DNA of 64,000 bases from Alphaproteobacteria bacterium (GTDB lineage: Bacteria > Pseudomonadota > Alphaproteobacteria > GCA-2731375). Position 1 is the stretch's first letter; every line of letters begins with the position of its first letter. The notes beneath the pieces were generated by a model. The model was given only the letters and a program-made list of their open reading frames with translations. It made no database searches and was not told where the DNA came from. The stretch spans positions 448,001-512,000 of the forward strand of contig CBDDBZ010000039.1 of assembly GCA_965225945.1 (NCBI GenBank), in the 5' to 3' direction. Positions 10,711 through 21,912 of this stretch are shown piece by piece. A program made the translations under genes and the position numbers.

Positions 10711-12150
10711 CTACGTCGCCTCGCCGGCCCAGGCGAGGTCGGGGCGGCGGCGGTGCCACTCGGTGGCCTGCTCGTAGGCTTGCGCGATGCGCAGCACCAT
10801 GGCCTCGCCCCGCGCCTTGCCGGTGATCATCAGGCCGACCGGCAGGCCCGCTTCGGTGAAGCCGCAGGGCACGGAGATCGAGCAGATCCCCAGCAGGTTG
10901 GCGATGCAGGTGTTACGTGAATAGGCTGTGTTCCATTCGGCGTAGATCTCCTGCGAGGCATCGACCACGGAGAGCGGCGCGGAGGGTCGCATGGTGGTCG
11001 GCGCGAGCACGGCGTCGATGTCGCGGAGCGTGCGCGCCGCCCGCTCGGCCAGGTCCTTGCACGCCTCGATCGCACGCAGATAGTCGACCGCCGAGGCCTC
11101 GTTGCCCGCGGCCACGCGGAACCGCAGGACCCGGTCGTAGTCCATGTCGCCCTCGCCGAGGCGTTCCTTGTGCGCCAACGCCGCCTCGACGGAGCTGATC
11201 AGCAGCCTCGGGTTGGCTTCGAGAACCTGCGCCGCCTCCTCGAAGGGGATGCTCTCGACCCGGGCGCCGAGATCGGCCAGCACGTCGGCCGCCGCGCGGG
11301 CCGCCGCCGCGACTTCGCCGTCGGCATCGTCCCAGAAGACGCTCTCGGCGACGGCGATGCGCAGCCCCCGCACGCCGTCCTCGAGGCCGCTGGTCACGTC
11401 CTGGCGGGCCGCCTCGCGGGTCGAGCGGTCGAGCGGATCGGCCCCGTGCATCGCCTGATAGGCATATGCGGCGTCGGCGACGGCGCGGGTCAGGGGTCCG
11501 ACCGAATCCAAGGTCGAGCTCAAGGGAAAGACGCCGGCCCGGCTGACCTGCCCGATGGTGGTCTTGAGCCCCACCGTGCCGCAGAGCGAGGCCGGGATGC
11601 GGACCGAGCCGCCGGTATCGCTGCCCAGCGCCATCGGCACCAGGCCCGCGGCGACCGCCACGGCCGAGCCGCTGGAGGAGCCGCCGGGCACATGATGGGT
11701 CGCGGCCCAAGGATTGTGCGGCGTGCCGTGGTGGTGGTTGATGCCGGGCGCGCCCATGGCGAACTGCACCGTCTGGGTCTTGCCCATGAGCACCATGCCC
11801 GAGCGCCCCAGCAGGCGGACCACGGTGGCGTCGGCCTCGGCGACGTTGTTGTCCAACCGGTTGGAGCCCGCCGTGGTTACCAGGCCCTTGACGTCAATGA
11901 TGTCCTTGGCCGCGTAGGGAATGCCGTGCAGGGGCCCGGCGTCCTGTCCGGCGCCGAGGGCCAGTTCCGCCGCCTCCGCCGCCGCCAAGGCCCGCTCGCG
12001 TGGGATCAGGCGGAAGCTCGCGAGCGAGCCGTCCAGCGCCTCCGCCCGATCCAGCAGATGGGTCATCAGCTCGACCGGCGACAGCTCGCCGTCGTGAATC
12101 CGCCGCGAGAGCGTGCCGATCGATTGCCAGTGCAGAGGTGTCTCGGTCAT
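10711..12150 (-). CDS. Amidase signature family protein
   Basis: [32 protein letters not shown]. Confidence 0.95.
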   Translation of the reverse strand: MTETPLHWQSIGTLSRRIHDGELSPVELMTHLLDRAEALDGSLASFRLIPRERALAAAEAAELALGAGQDAGPLHGIPYAAKDIIDVKGLVTTAGSNRLDNNVAEADATVVRLLGRSGMVLMGKTQTVQFAMGAPGINHHHGTPHNPWAATHHVPGGSSSGSAVAVAAGLVPMALGSDTGGSVRIPASLCGTVGLKTTIGQVSRAGVFPLSSTLDSVGPLTRAVADAAYAYQAMHGADPLDRSTREAARQDVTSGLEDGVRGLRIAVAESVFWDDADGEVAAAARAAADVLADLGARVESIPFEEAAQVLEANPRLLISSVEAALAHKERLGEGDMDYDRVLRFRVAAGNEASAVDYLRAIEACKDLAERAARTLRDIDAVLAPTTMRPSAPLSVVDASQEIYAEWNTAYSRNTCIANLLGICSISVPCGFTEAGLPVGLMITGKARGEAMVLRIAQAYEQATEWHRRRPDLAWAGEAT

Positions 12151-12181
12151 CTCGTTCTCTCCCTCATGCGCCCGGCGCCGC

Positions 12182-13039
12182 TCAGGTGTCGATGCCGCCC
12201 GGCCAGACCACCGTGCCCTTGAGGTCCGGCCAGGCGATGGGCGTGCCGTTGGCCGCCGCCGCCTCGGCGGGCGGAATGTCCGTATCCCAGGTGGCGGCGA
12301 TGAAGCGCCGCCCGCTCGTGCCGCCGCCGGCGTCCGAGACCAGCCAGCGCATGGGCAAGAACATCGCCTCGGGCCGGATCAGCTCCTCCCGCGCGAAACC
12401 CGCCTCCTCCGGCACCATCGGTGTGTCGGCGGGGCCGCCCGGCACCACTACATTGACGGTGATGGCGGTCTCGGCGAACTCCTCCGCCCAGGACGCCGAA
12501 GCCGCCTCCAGCGCCGCCTTGGAGGCCGCGTAGGGCAGGTAACCGCCGCGCTGCATGGTGAAGAAGCTGGTGGTGACGTTGATGACGCGGCCGGCGCCGC
12601 GTTCCTCGAAATGCGCCAGCACGGCCTTCACCATGTTGAAGGGGCCGCCGGCGTTGACCGCGAGGAAGTCCCGCCACTGCGCGTGATCGACCTCGGCCGT
12701 CTTGACCGGATTGGTCATGTGGTCGGGCCGGACCCGCCCCATGCCGAGGCCGGCGTTGTTGATCAGCGCGTCGATCCGGCCGAAACGGGCCAGCACGATT
12801 TCGATCGCGCGATTGCAGGAGTCGGGATCGGTGACGTCGGCAATCAGCGGTAGGAAGCCGCCGGCTGCGTTGTCGAGCCGCCGCATCTCGCCTTCCAGCT
12901 CGGCGATTCCGTCGGGGCTGAGGTCGAGACTGGCGACCTGGGCGCCGTCCTGGACGAAGAAGCGCGTCAGCACGCGGCCGAAGCCACCGGCCCCGCCGGT
13001 GATGACGACGACCTTGCCCTGGACGCTCTCGGCGGTCAT
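12182..13039 (-). CDS. Short-chain dehydrogenase/reductase
   Basis: TGGAGGFG, INNAG, YAASK. Confidence 0.94.
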   Translation of the reverse strand: MTAESVQGKVVVITGGAGGFGRVLTRFFVQDGAQVASLDLSPDGIAELEGEMRRLDNAAGGFLPLIADVTDPDSCNRAIEIVLARFGRIDALINNAGLGMGRVRPDHMTNPVKTAEVDHAQWRDFLAVNAGGPFNMVKAVLAHFEERGAGRVINVTTSFFTMQRGGYLPYAASKAALEAASASWAEEFAETAITVNVVVPGGPADTPMVPEEAGFAREELIRPEAMFLPMRWLVSDAGGGTSGRRFIAATWDTDIPPAEAAAANGTPIAWPDLKGTVVWPGGIDT

Positions 13040-13045
13040 CGGCCG

Positions 13046-14737
<1,692 letters not shown>

Positions 14738-14852
14738 CACTCGATTTCTCTCGGCAATTGGCGTCGCGGCACTAAGGCGCCGCGTGGACGGGAAGCCCGG
14801 CAAGGGTAGCGATCTCGCGCGGTCTTGACCAGCGTGTGTCTCCCGCCCCCGC

Positions 14853-15749
14853 TCAGGCACTCTCCCGCGCCGCCGCCAACAGCGCCATCTCCACGATTCC
14901 CCGCGCCTGCTTTAGGTGCGGCATGTCCAGCATCTTGCCATCGAGCGCCAGCGTGCCGGCGCCCGGGTTGTCGGCGAAGATCCGGATCACCGCTTCGGCA
15001 TGCGCGACCTCCTCGGCGCTCGGCGTGAAGGCCTGGTTGATGATGGCGACCTGGGCCGGGTGGATCGCAATCTTACCGGTGAAGCCGGACTGGCGGTCGT
15101 GGTGCGCCTCGCCCGCCAGCCCCTCGCCGTCGCGAAAGTCGGGATAGACCGAGCCCACCGGCTCCACGCCCGCCGCCTTGCTGGCCGCCAGGCAGAGCGA
15201 GCGGGCGAGCTTGAAGACGTCGTCGTAGCCGGAACCGTCGGGCGCCTGGTTGGTGAAGGCGCCGAGCGCCGCCGAGAGATCCTCCGCCCCCCAGGTCATG
15301 CCATAGAGCCGCTTCGTGGCGCCACAATAGGAGTGGAGGGTGAAGAGGGTGTGCGCCGTCTCGGTCGCCACCGCGAGAATTTGGGTCGCGCCCAATTCGA
15401 GGCCCTCGCGCGCCTCCAGCGCCGAGAGATAGTGGTCGAGCGTCACCGCGTCGCTCGCCGAATCCGGTTTCGGCAGCACAATGCCGTCGGGGCCGCCCGC
15501 CATGATGGCGGCGAGATCGGCCAGCGCCAGGTCGGTCGCGAGCGGGTTGATCCGGACCCAGAGCTGGCGCTTGGAGCGCTCGGGCGTCGCGGCCATGAAG
15601 TCGCGGACCATCTCACGGGCGATGCCCAAGCGGTCCTTGGCGACGGAATCCTCCAGATCGAGGATGATCGCGTCGGCCTCGCTCTCCTGGATCTTCGACA
15701 TCTTGCGCTCGCTGTCGCCGGGGACGAACAGCAGGGAACGAAGGCTCAT
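14853..15749 (-). CDS. CitE / malyl-CoA-lyase-like CoA ester lyase
   Basis: RSLLFVPGD, ILDLEDSV, VRIN, WGAEDL, GKIAIHPAQV. Confidence 0.92.
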   Translation of the reverse strand: MSLRSLLFVPGDSERKMSKIQESEADAIILDLEDSVAKDRLGIAREMVRDFMAATPERSKRQLWVRINPLATDLALADLAAIMAGGPDGIVLPKPDSASDAVTLDHYLSALEAREGLELGATQILAVATETAHTLFTLHSYCGATKRLYGMTWGAEDLSAALGAFTNQAPDGSGYDDVFKLARSLCLAASKAAGVEPVGSVYPDFRDGEGLAGEAHHDRQSGFTGKIAIHPAQVAIINQAFTPSAEEVAHAEAVIRIFADNPGAGTLALDGKMLDMPHLKQARGIVEMALLAAARESA

Positions 15750-15757
15750 GGCGGACC

Positions 15758-16213
15758 TCAGGCGCCTGCGCGCTTGCGCATGAAGCCGGCCCGCTTGCAG
15801 TAGGCCACCTCCTCGTCGCGCTGGTTGAAGCCGAAATGCTCGAAGGTGACGACGCCCGCGTCGAGGCGCGACTTGCTCTCGCGCTTTTCCAACACTTTGG
15901 TCATCGAGCGGATGGTATCGCCGTGGAACACCGGCTTGACGAAGCGCACGTCGGTCATGCCGAGGTTGGCGATGGTGGTGCCGAGCGTGGTGTCGCCCAC
16001 CGAGACGCCGATCACCAGGCCGAGGGTGAAGAGGCTGTTGACGATGCGCTGGCCGAACTCGGTCTGCTTGGCGAACTCCTCGTCGAGATGCAGTGGCTGG
16101 GGATTGTGGGTCAGCGCGCAGAACAGGATATTGTCCATCTCGGTCACGGTTCGGGTGATCGAATGATGGAACTCCTGGCCGATCTCGAATTCGTCGAAAT
16201 ACAGTCCCGCCAT
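15758..16213 (-). CDS. MaoC-family dehydratase
   Basis: GLYFDEF, RTVTEMDN, NPQPLHLD, PVFHGDT. Confidence 0.93.
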   Translation of the reverse strand: MAGLYFDEFEIGQEFHHSITRTVTEMDNILFCALTHNPQPLHLDEEFAKQTEFGQRIVNSLFTLGLVIGVSVGDTTLGTTIANLGMTDVRFVKPVFHGDTIRSMTKVLEKRESKSRLDAGVVTFEHFGFNQRDEEVAYCKRAGFMRKRAGA

Positions 16214-16249
16214 ATAGGCTTCTCCTCCTCGGCTGCGGTTGCGGATGGT

Positions 16250-16651
16250 TTATCGGATTTGGCCGCCCGTGCTCGATCGTTTCGCCGTCACCTCCACCTC
16301 GACACGCATTTCGGGACCGGCGAGGGCGCAGATGATCGTCGTGTTGGCGGGGCGGGCGGCCTCGCAGTTGCGCTTGATGATCGGCTTGATTTGCTCGAAC
16401 TCCTCGACGCTGGCGACGTAGATCCTGACCCGAAGCATGTTCTCGAGCCCGGCCCCCGCCTCGGCCAGCGCGGCGGCGATGTTGGCGAAGCATCGCTCGC
16501 ATTGGGCCTCGGCGCCGTCGGGAAAGGTCATCGTCGCGGGATCGAAGCCCGTGGTGCCGGAGAGGTAAATCATCTCTCCATCGATCACCGCGCGGGCATA
16601 GCCCGCCGCCGCCTCGAAGGGAGAACCCGAAAATATCCGTGTCCCGATCAT
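16250..16651 (-). CDS. RidA/YjgF-family protein
   Basis: SGSPFE...GYARAV, SGTTG, RPANT, VEVEVTA. Confidence 0.92.
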   Translation of the reverse strand: MIGTRIFSGSPFEAAAGYARAVIDGEMIYLSGTTGFDPATMTFPDGAEAQCERCFANIAAALAEAGAGLENMLRVRIYVASVEEFEQIKPIIKRNCEAARPANTTIICALAGPEMRVEVEVTAKRSSTGGQIR

Positions 16652-16734
16652 CTGCCGCCTCCGCGCGCCAATGCTGGGTAGCGATGGTGGCGGGAACCGC
16701 CGATGTTGGCAAATGGCGGCGCGTCGATACCGCT

Positions 16735-16917
16735 TCAGGACCCTGGTGGGTCCGGCGCGGGCATATCGGTCTCGGCGGGCGGCAGGTCCATGGTCGCACC
16801 CTCCAGGCAGTCGCGCACGGGCGCTTCGGCGGCGCTGGAGAGCGTCGGCGCCATGGTGGCCAGGAGACCGATGGCGAGAAGACACCTAAGCATCATCATG
16901 ATCTCCACGAGGTTCAT
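16735..16917 (-). CDS. Possible small secreted protein or truncated exported protein
   Basis: Signal-peptide-like MLRCLLAIGLLATMAPTLSSAA followed by a short acidic Pro-rich tail. Confidence 0.35.
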   Translation of the reverse strand: MNLVEIMMMLRCLLAIGLLATMAPTLSSAAEAPVRDCLEGATMDLPPAETDMPAPDPPGS

Positions 16918-17085
16918 CGCCTCGGCTTACAGGTCGCGGCGGCCTCTCGACTTCGAAATTTCGCGGCGGGTGCGAATATCGGTCGTGCCGGTCGTCACTC
17001 TCTCCTGGCGCTTTCGTTTCGGATTCGAAATGACCGCCTTCGTCGACAGTTTTATCGAAACGACAAAGGCTCGGCGCGCGCCGGC

Positions 17086-18165
17086 CTATTCCGCGGCCCG
17101 TGCGGTCGGCACGCCGACATCGTCGAGCGGGCCGAGCACCTTCTCGACCGCCGGGCGGATCTCGCTGGCGAACAATTCGATCGACTTCAACGCCTTGGCG
17201 TAGCTCGACCCGCCGACCTGGAAGTGGAACATGACGTGGCTCGGCCGGGCCTGGCGGATCTCCTCCACCAACCGCTCGGCGATGGTCTCGACGTCGCCGA
17301 CCAGCAGGTTGTCGGCCATCTCCTCGAGGGGGAGCTCGTTCGGCATCGGGACCTCGGTCATCATCGCGCCGTCGAGCACCTCCTGGCGGCGCCGCAGCGC
17401 GGAGGCGAGGCGCATCTGATGGCGGGCGTTCTCGACGTAGTCCAGCGTCTCCTCCCGGCTGTCGGTGACGCACATGAAGCGCTGGATGGCGAACGCCACG
17501 TTGTCCGCCGCCATGCCCGCGGCACGGTAGTTGGCCTCGAGGCGGGCCCGCTGCTCCACCAGGTAGTCGACGCCTTGCGCCCGCCCGGCGAACATCGGCA
17601 CGTAGCCGCGCTTCGCCGCGATATGGTGGATATCGTCGGAATCTCCGGCGATCCAGACCTCCGGCATGCCGTTGACCGGCTGGGCGCTGATGTGGGTCTC
17701 GGGCAATTGGTAGTGCTCGCCGTCGTAGCTGAAGGTCTCTTGGGTGAAGGCGAGCTCGACCATGTCCATGAATTCCATGGTCGCCTGCTTGGAGGTTGCG
17801 AGGTCCGCGCCGAAGCGCTCGAACTCGTAGCCCTGGTAGCCGCTGCCGATACCCAGGACCAGGCGCCCGCCGGTGAGCGAATCCGCCATGCCGATTTCGG
17901 CGATCAGGCGGGCCGGCGTATAGAGCGGCAGCACCACCACCGCCGGCGCCAACTTGATCCGGCTGGTGACGCCGGCGCAGCGGGCCACCATCATCAGCGG
18001 CGAGGGACAGACGCAATAGTTGGAGAAGTGATGCTCCGCGAACCAGGCGATCTCGAAGCCGGCCTCCTCCGCCAGCACCGTCTGCTCGACCGCCTCGTCG
18101 AACAGCCGCTTGGTCGGGGTGCCCCGCTCGCGGTAGCCCATCAGGTTGAACTGTCCGAAATGCAT
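17086..18165 (-). CDS. LLM-class flavin-dependent oxidoreductase
   Basis: AEEAGFEIAWFAEHHF, GRLVLGIGSGYQ. Confidence 0.93.
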   Translation of the reverse strand: MHFGQFNLMGYRERGTPTKRLFDEAVEQTVLAEEAGFEIAWFAEHHFSNYCVCPSPLMMVARCAGVTSRIKLAPAVVVLPLYTPARLIAEIGMADSLTGGRLVLGIGSGYQGYEFERFGADLATSKQATMEFMDMVELAFTQETFSYDGEHYQLPETHISAQPVNGMPEVWIAGDSDDIHHIAAKRGYVPMFAGRAQGVDYLVEQRARLEANYRAAGMAADNVAFAIQRFMCVTDSREETLDYVENARHQMRLASALRRRQEVLDGAMMTEVPMPNELPLEEMADNLLVGDVETIAERLVEEIRQARPSHVMFHFQVGGSSYAKALKSIELFASEIRPAVEKVLGPLDDVGVPTARAAE

Positions 18166-18193
18166 CGCCGTCTCCTCCGCTCGTGGCTGTTCG

Positions 18194-18628
18194 CTAGCGC
18201 CGCTCCAGCACCACCACCGGGATCTCGCGGTGGGCCTTCGCCCGCTCGTGGTAGTCGATGTAGGAGGGAAAGATCTCGGCCATCACGGCCCAGAGGCGCG
18301 CCCGTTCCTCGCCCACCGCCGTGCGGGCGCGGGCGGAGAAGGTCTCGGCCGCGACCCTGAGCTCGACCTCCGGTGTGGCCACCAGGTTCTCGTACCACAA
18401 GGGATGTTTCTCGGCCCCGCCGCGCGAGGCGACGATGACGTGGTCGTCACCGGCTCTGCCGTAGATCAGCGGCGTCGGACGCGGCGCGCCCGAGCGCCGG
18501 CCGGTGGTTGTCAAGATCAGCGTTTGCAGGTGCTGATCGCCTTTCAGACCATGCCAGATGTGGCCGTCCTCGCCGTCGCTCTCGAGGTAGCGGCGGAGGT
18601 GGTCCAGAACCCAGTCGCGTTGCGCCAT
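18194..18628 (-). CDS. Ddn-like deazaflavin (F420H2)-dependent nitroreductase/quinone reductase
   Basis: LILTTTGRRSG-x-x-R-x-TPL, IVASRGG...HPLWYENL, Y...REIPVVVL. Confidence 0.9.
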   Translation of the reverse strand: MAQRDWVLDHLRRYLESDGEDGHIWHGLKGDQHLQTLILTTTGRRSGAPRPTPLIYGRAGDDHVIVASRGGAEKHPLWYENLVATPEVELRVAAETFSARARTAVGEERARLWAVMAEIFPSYIDYHERAKAHREIPVVVLERR

Positions 18629-18688
18629 CCTCCCCGCTCCTTCGAATTTCCGCGCTCACTATACCCCGCGAGCCCACGGCGGCCAGCA

Positions 18689-19570
18689 TCAGTGCAAAAA
18701 TTCCGCGATCACCCGCTCGCCGAAGGCGGCGAGGTCGGCCTCCAAATCGGGCAGGAAGGCGGGGATCGGCAAGGCCACCCGATCGACGCCCTGGCCCATG
18801 CGTGTCGCCACGGCCGCCAGCGGATCGCCGCCCGCGCCCGGCAGCGCGCCGGGGCAGCCCGTGGCGATTTCGAGCGCCCGGGGATCGCGCCCGCTCGCCG
18901 CCGCCGTCGAGCGCGCGAGCGCGATCAAGGGCGCCACGTCGACCTGTGCCCCGGTGGCGGGAAAGAAGCCGTCGCCGATCCGCCCCGCGCGTTTGGCCGC
19001 CGCCTCGGAATGACCGCCGATGTGGATCGGCACACGGCCGGCGAGGGGCTTCGGATTGCAGCTCATGTGCGCGAACTCGACAAACTCGCCGTGGAAGCTC
19101 GCGTCGTCCTCGGCCCATAGCGCACGGAGCGCGGCGATGTATTCCTCCGTCCGAGCGCCGCGGCGTGCAAAGGGCACGCCGATCGCCTCGAACTCCTCTT
19201 TGAGCCAGCCGATGCCGACGCCGAGTTCCAGTCGGCCGCCGGTCATGAAGTCGAGGGTCGCCGTCTCCTTGGCCAGGACCAGGGGATTGCGCTGCGGCAG
19301 CACCATGACACCGGTGAAAAAGCGCAGCCGCGTGGTCAGCGCGCCGACATGGGCGAGCCAGATCAAGGGGTCCGGCAGGTCGGTGGACGGCCCGCCCGGA
19401 AGCTTGCCCGTCGGCGAATAGGGATAGACCGAGTCATATTCGCTCGGCCAGACCACGTGCTCCACCACGATCAGCGATTCGAACCCGGCGCTCTCCGCCG
19501 CCCGGGCGAGCCGTGCCGCGCCCTCGGGCTCGGGAAAGCTCATGTTGGCGAAATGCAGGGCGAATTTCAT
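18689..19570 (-). CDS. LLM-class probable F420-dependent oxidoreductase (Rv2161c-like)
   Basis: EHVVWP...YPY, LPQRNPLVLAK, GVGIGWLKEEF, IGGHS-x-AA-x-RA. Confidence 0.88.
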   Translation of the reverse strand: MKFALHFANMSFPEPEGAARLARAAESAGFESLIVVEHVVWPSEYDSVYPYSPTGKLPGGPSTDLPDPLIWLAHVGALTTRLRFFTGVMVLPQRNPLVLAKETATLDFMTGGRLELGVGIGWLKEEFEAIGVPFARRGARTEEYIAALRALWAEDDASFHGEFVEFAHMSCNPKPLAGRVPIHIGGHSEAAAKRAGRIGDGFFPATGAQVDVAPLIALARSTAAASGRDPRALEIATGCPGALPGAGGDPLAAVATRMGQGVDRVALPIPAFLPDLEADLAAFGERVIAEFLH

Positions 19571-19776
19571 GGCCGGCCTCCCTCTGCTCGCCGTAACGGC
19601 GCAGCAAGATCATGGTTCACGCGATTCTAAAGCAATATCCGAAGTCGGCGAGGCTATTGCAGCCTCTCGACGGTGCTTGGCCGCCGCGCGACGAGAGCCG
19701 CCGAAATACCGCGGCAGTCGCCGGTGGGGATGTTTGGTATAATCGGCCGAACGCGAGGCAAGCGGGACGACGGGAC

Positions 19777-19975
19777 ATGGATATTCGACATTTCGATGCG
19801 ACGCTCGGCGCGGAGGTCCGGGGCGTCGATCTTTCCCAGCCCCTCGACGAGGAGGCGTTCGCCGAGATCGAGGCGGCGTGGCACGCGCACGCGGTTCTGA
19901 TTTTCCCCGATCAGGGCCTTGGGGACGCGGCGCATATCGCCTTCACCCGGCGCTTCGGCCGACTGGAGCAGGGGA
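19777..19975 (+). pseudogene. 5' fragment of a TauD/TfdA-family dioxygenase
   Basis: LGAEVRGVDLSQPL...HAVLIFPDQ-x-L...IAFTRRFGRLE, then homology stops before the HxD motif. Confidence 0.85.
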
Positions 19976-20408
19976 TCAGGCGGTCATTGCGTTCGCGGAC
20001 CCGACAATTTCGACGACGCATCTCCGCATCGGCCCGCACGTCAAACGGATGTCCGACCAGGCGATCCTCGACATGTTCAACGACATGATGGATGCAAGGG
20101 ATCGGCTCGTGGCGAAGGGAGAGAACATCGTGATCGAGATCCCGCCCGGCCAGCCGCAAATCACGTATTCGGATCTCGGCGGCCAGTGGTCGGCGCGTGG
20201 CGACCTGCTTCGCTGTCATATCGACGACGGCGGTCCCGACGGGGAGATCACCGTGCAAATCGATGACCGGGAATTGTCGCTTCGGGAGTTCGGACGGCTT
20301 CTCTCGGTCCATGCGGGATGGGGCATGCGCATCGCCTTCGTGCCGAGCGAGCTGGTCGAGGAGGAGCCCGAAGTCCACGTCCGGGAGCCGAACGAAGATG
20401 AACGATGA
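19970..20408 (+). pseudogene. Conserved hypothetical protein lacking its 5' end
   Basis: Protein-like frame GDQAVIAFADP...IDDRELSLREFGRLL...GWGMRIAFVP starts at the tauD junction with no own start codon or RBS (internal ATG at 20049 possible). Confidence 0.6.
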
Positions 20409-20433
20409 GGCCGGCAACCGAGATGTGTGGTGA

Positions 20434-20820
20434 TTGAAAATGGATCGAGATTACGATCCCATGACCGCTCCCAATTCGGACGATTGGGAGGCCATGGACG
20501 AGGAAGAGCGCATGATGATCGTCATGGATCATCATCGCGAAGCCGGCGTGGAGCTGCCGAATGAGCGGATTCACGCGGCGATTCACGTCATCGTCGAGAA
20601 TCAAATAGCGCTGGGCGACGAGACGGCGGCGGCGGCGACGCTGGAACGTATGATCCGCGAGGGTTTGGACCGCCATGAGGCAATCCATGCGATTGGAAGC
20701 GTTCTCGCGGAATTCATGCAGGCGTTGAGCAGCGGCGACGTGGCACCGGGATCAAACGAGAAGTACGACGAGGCACTCGAGAAGCTGACGGCGGCGGAAT
20801 GGCTCGAGAGCTCCGGATAG
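20434..20820 (+). CDS. DUF1841-like hypothetical protein
   Basis: HAAIHVIVENQIA...LDRHEAIHAIG His-rich helical motif. Confidence 0.7.
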   Translation: MKMDRDYDPMTAPNSDDWEAMDEEERMMIVMDHHREAGVELPNERIHAAIHVIVENQIALGDETAAAATLERMIREGLDRHEAIHAIGSVLAEFMQALSSGDVAPGSNEKYDEALEKLTAAEWLESSG

Positions 20821-20903
20821 CCGGCGCCTCGGGGGTGTTTTCTCCCGGTTCCAAGCGCGTCGAATTGCCTTGAGCGTCGGCATTTCACAGGAATTGGTGA
20901 ATT

Positions 20904-21164
20904 ATGAGCGAGAAGCGGAAGCCAAATGGCACTGATTCCCACGATTGGGATTTGCCGGCGTGGGTCGACGCGTCGTTTGATCGCACGACCCCACGCACCG
21001 AGGAGGAGCTGGATCTTTTGGTGGACGGCACGTTGGAAGGCATCCGAGACACGGCGGCTTGGATGAACCTCGTTGAACGCGTAGGAGAAGAAGAAGCGCG
21101 CCGAGTATTACGCGCTCGGCTCATCATGCGTGATGAAAATGCCGGAAGGCAGCCGAGGCACTGA
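20904..21164 (+). CDS. Hypothetical protein
   Basis: 86-aa ATG-started ORF co-oriented with upstream genes. Confidence 0.5.
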   Translation: MSEKRKPNGTDSHDWDLPAWVDASFDRTTPRTEEELDLLVDGTLEGIRDTAAWMNLVERVGEEEARRVLRARLIMRDENAGRQPRH

Positions 21165-21244
21165 AAACGAGGGCCGTCTTTGGGGCATGTCGATCGAATC
21201 GGAATCACCTCTTATAACGCCGGTTCCCACCGACACGCCGATTT

Positions 21245-21898
21245 TCAGCCCCCCTCCCACGTGTCCCAATGCAAAATTTCGTCGAGCGGCTGGCGCTGGG
21301 CGGGCTTGAAGTCGGTACCCAGGGTGTAGGCGACCGGCACCAGCGCCACCTGCATGATCCCGTCGGGAATGCCCAGCAGCGCCTTGGCGTCGGCGGCGCG
21401 GCCGAGGTGCAGGGTCGTCAGGACCGAGCCCAGGCCCCGGGCACGCAGCGCCAGTTGGAAACTCCAGACCGCCGGAAGGATCGAGCCCATGAGCCCCGGC
21501 CAGACGTGGCGCGGCGGCTCCGAGGCCAGGTGATCGTCGCGGATGCAGGGGATGACGTGGACCGGCACGTCCTGCAAATGCGCCGCCAGATAGCGCGCGG
21601 AAGCGAACACCCGGGCATCCCGCGTCGCCCCGCTCGCCGTCGCCTCGGCCAGGGCGTCATCGAGATAGCTGCCGGCGCCCCGGCGATAGATCTCGGCGAG
21701 CGCGCGGCGCTTCTCAGGCTCCCTCACCACCAGCCAGCGCCAGCCCTGGCGGTTGGAGCCGCTCGGCGCCTGGATGGCGAGTTCCAGACACTCGCGGATC
21801 ACCTCGCGCGAAACCGGCCGTTCGAGATCCAGCCGCTTGCGGACCGATCGCGTGGTGGAAAGCAGCCCATCGATTTGGCTGAGATCGTAGACGGCCAT
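21245..21898 (-). CDS. Nitroreductase-family protein
   Basis: LLSTTRSVRKRLD, QAPSGSNRQGW, SFQLALRARGLGS; RBS GGAGGAG. Confidence 0.92.
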   Translation of the reverse strand: MAVYDLSQIDGLLSTTRSVRKRLDLERPVSREVIRECLELAIQAPSGSNRQGWRWLVVREPEKRRALAEIYRRGAGSYLDDALAEATASGATRDARVFASARYLAAHLQDVPVHVIPCIRDDHLASEPPRHVWPGLMGSILPAVWSFQLALRARGLGSVLTTLHLGRAADAKALLGIPDGIMQVALVPVAYTLGTDFKPAQRQPLDEILHWDTWEGG

Positions 21899-21912
21899 CT
21901 TTCTCCTCCCGG

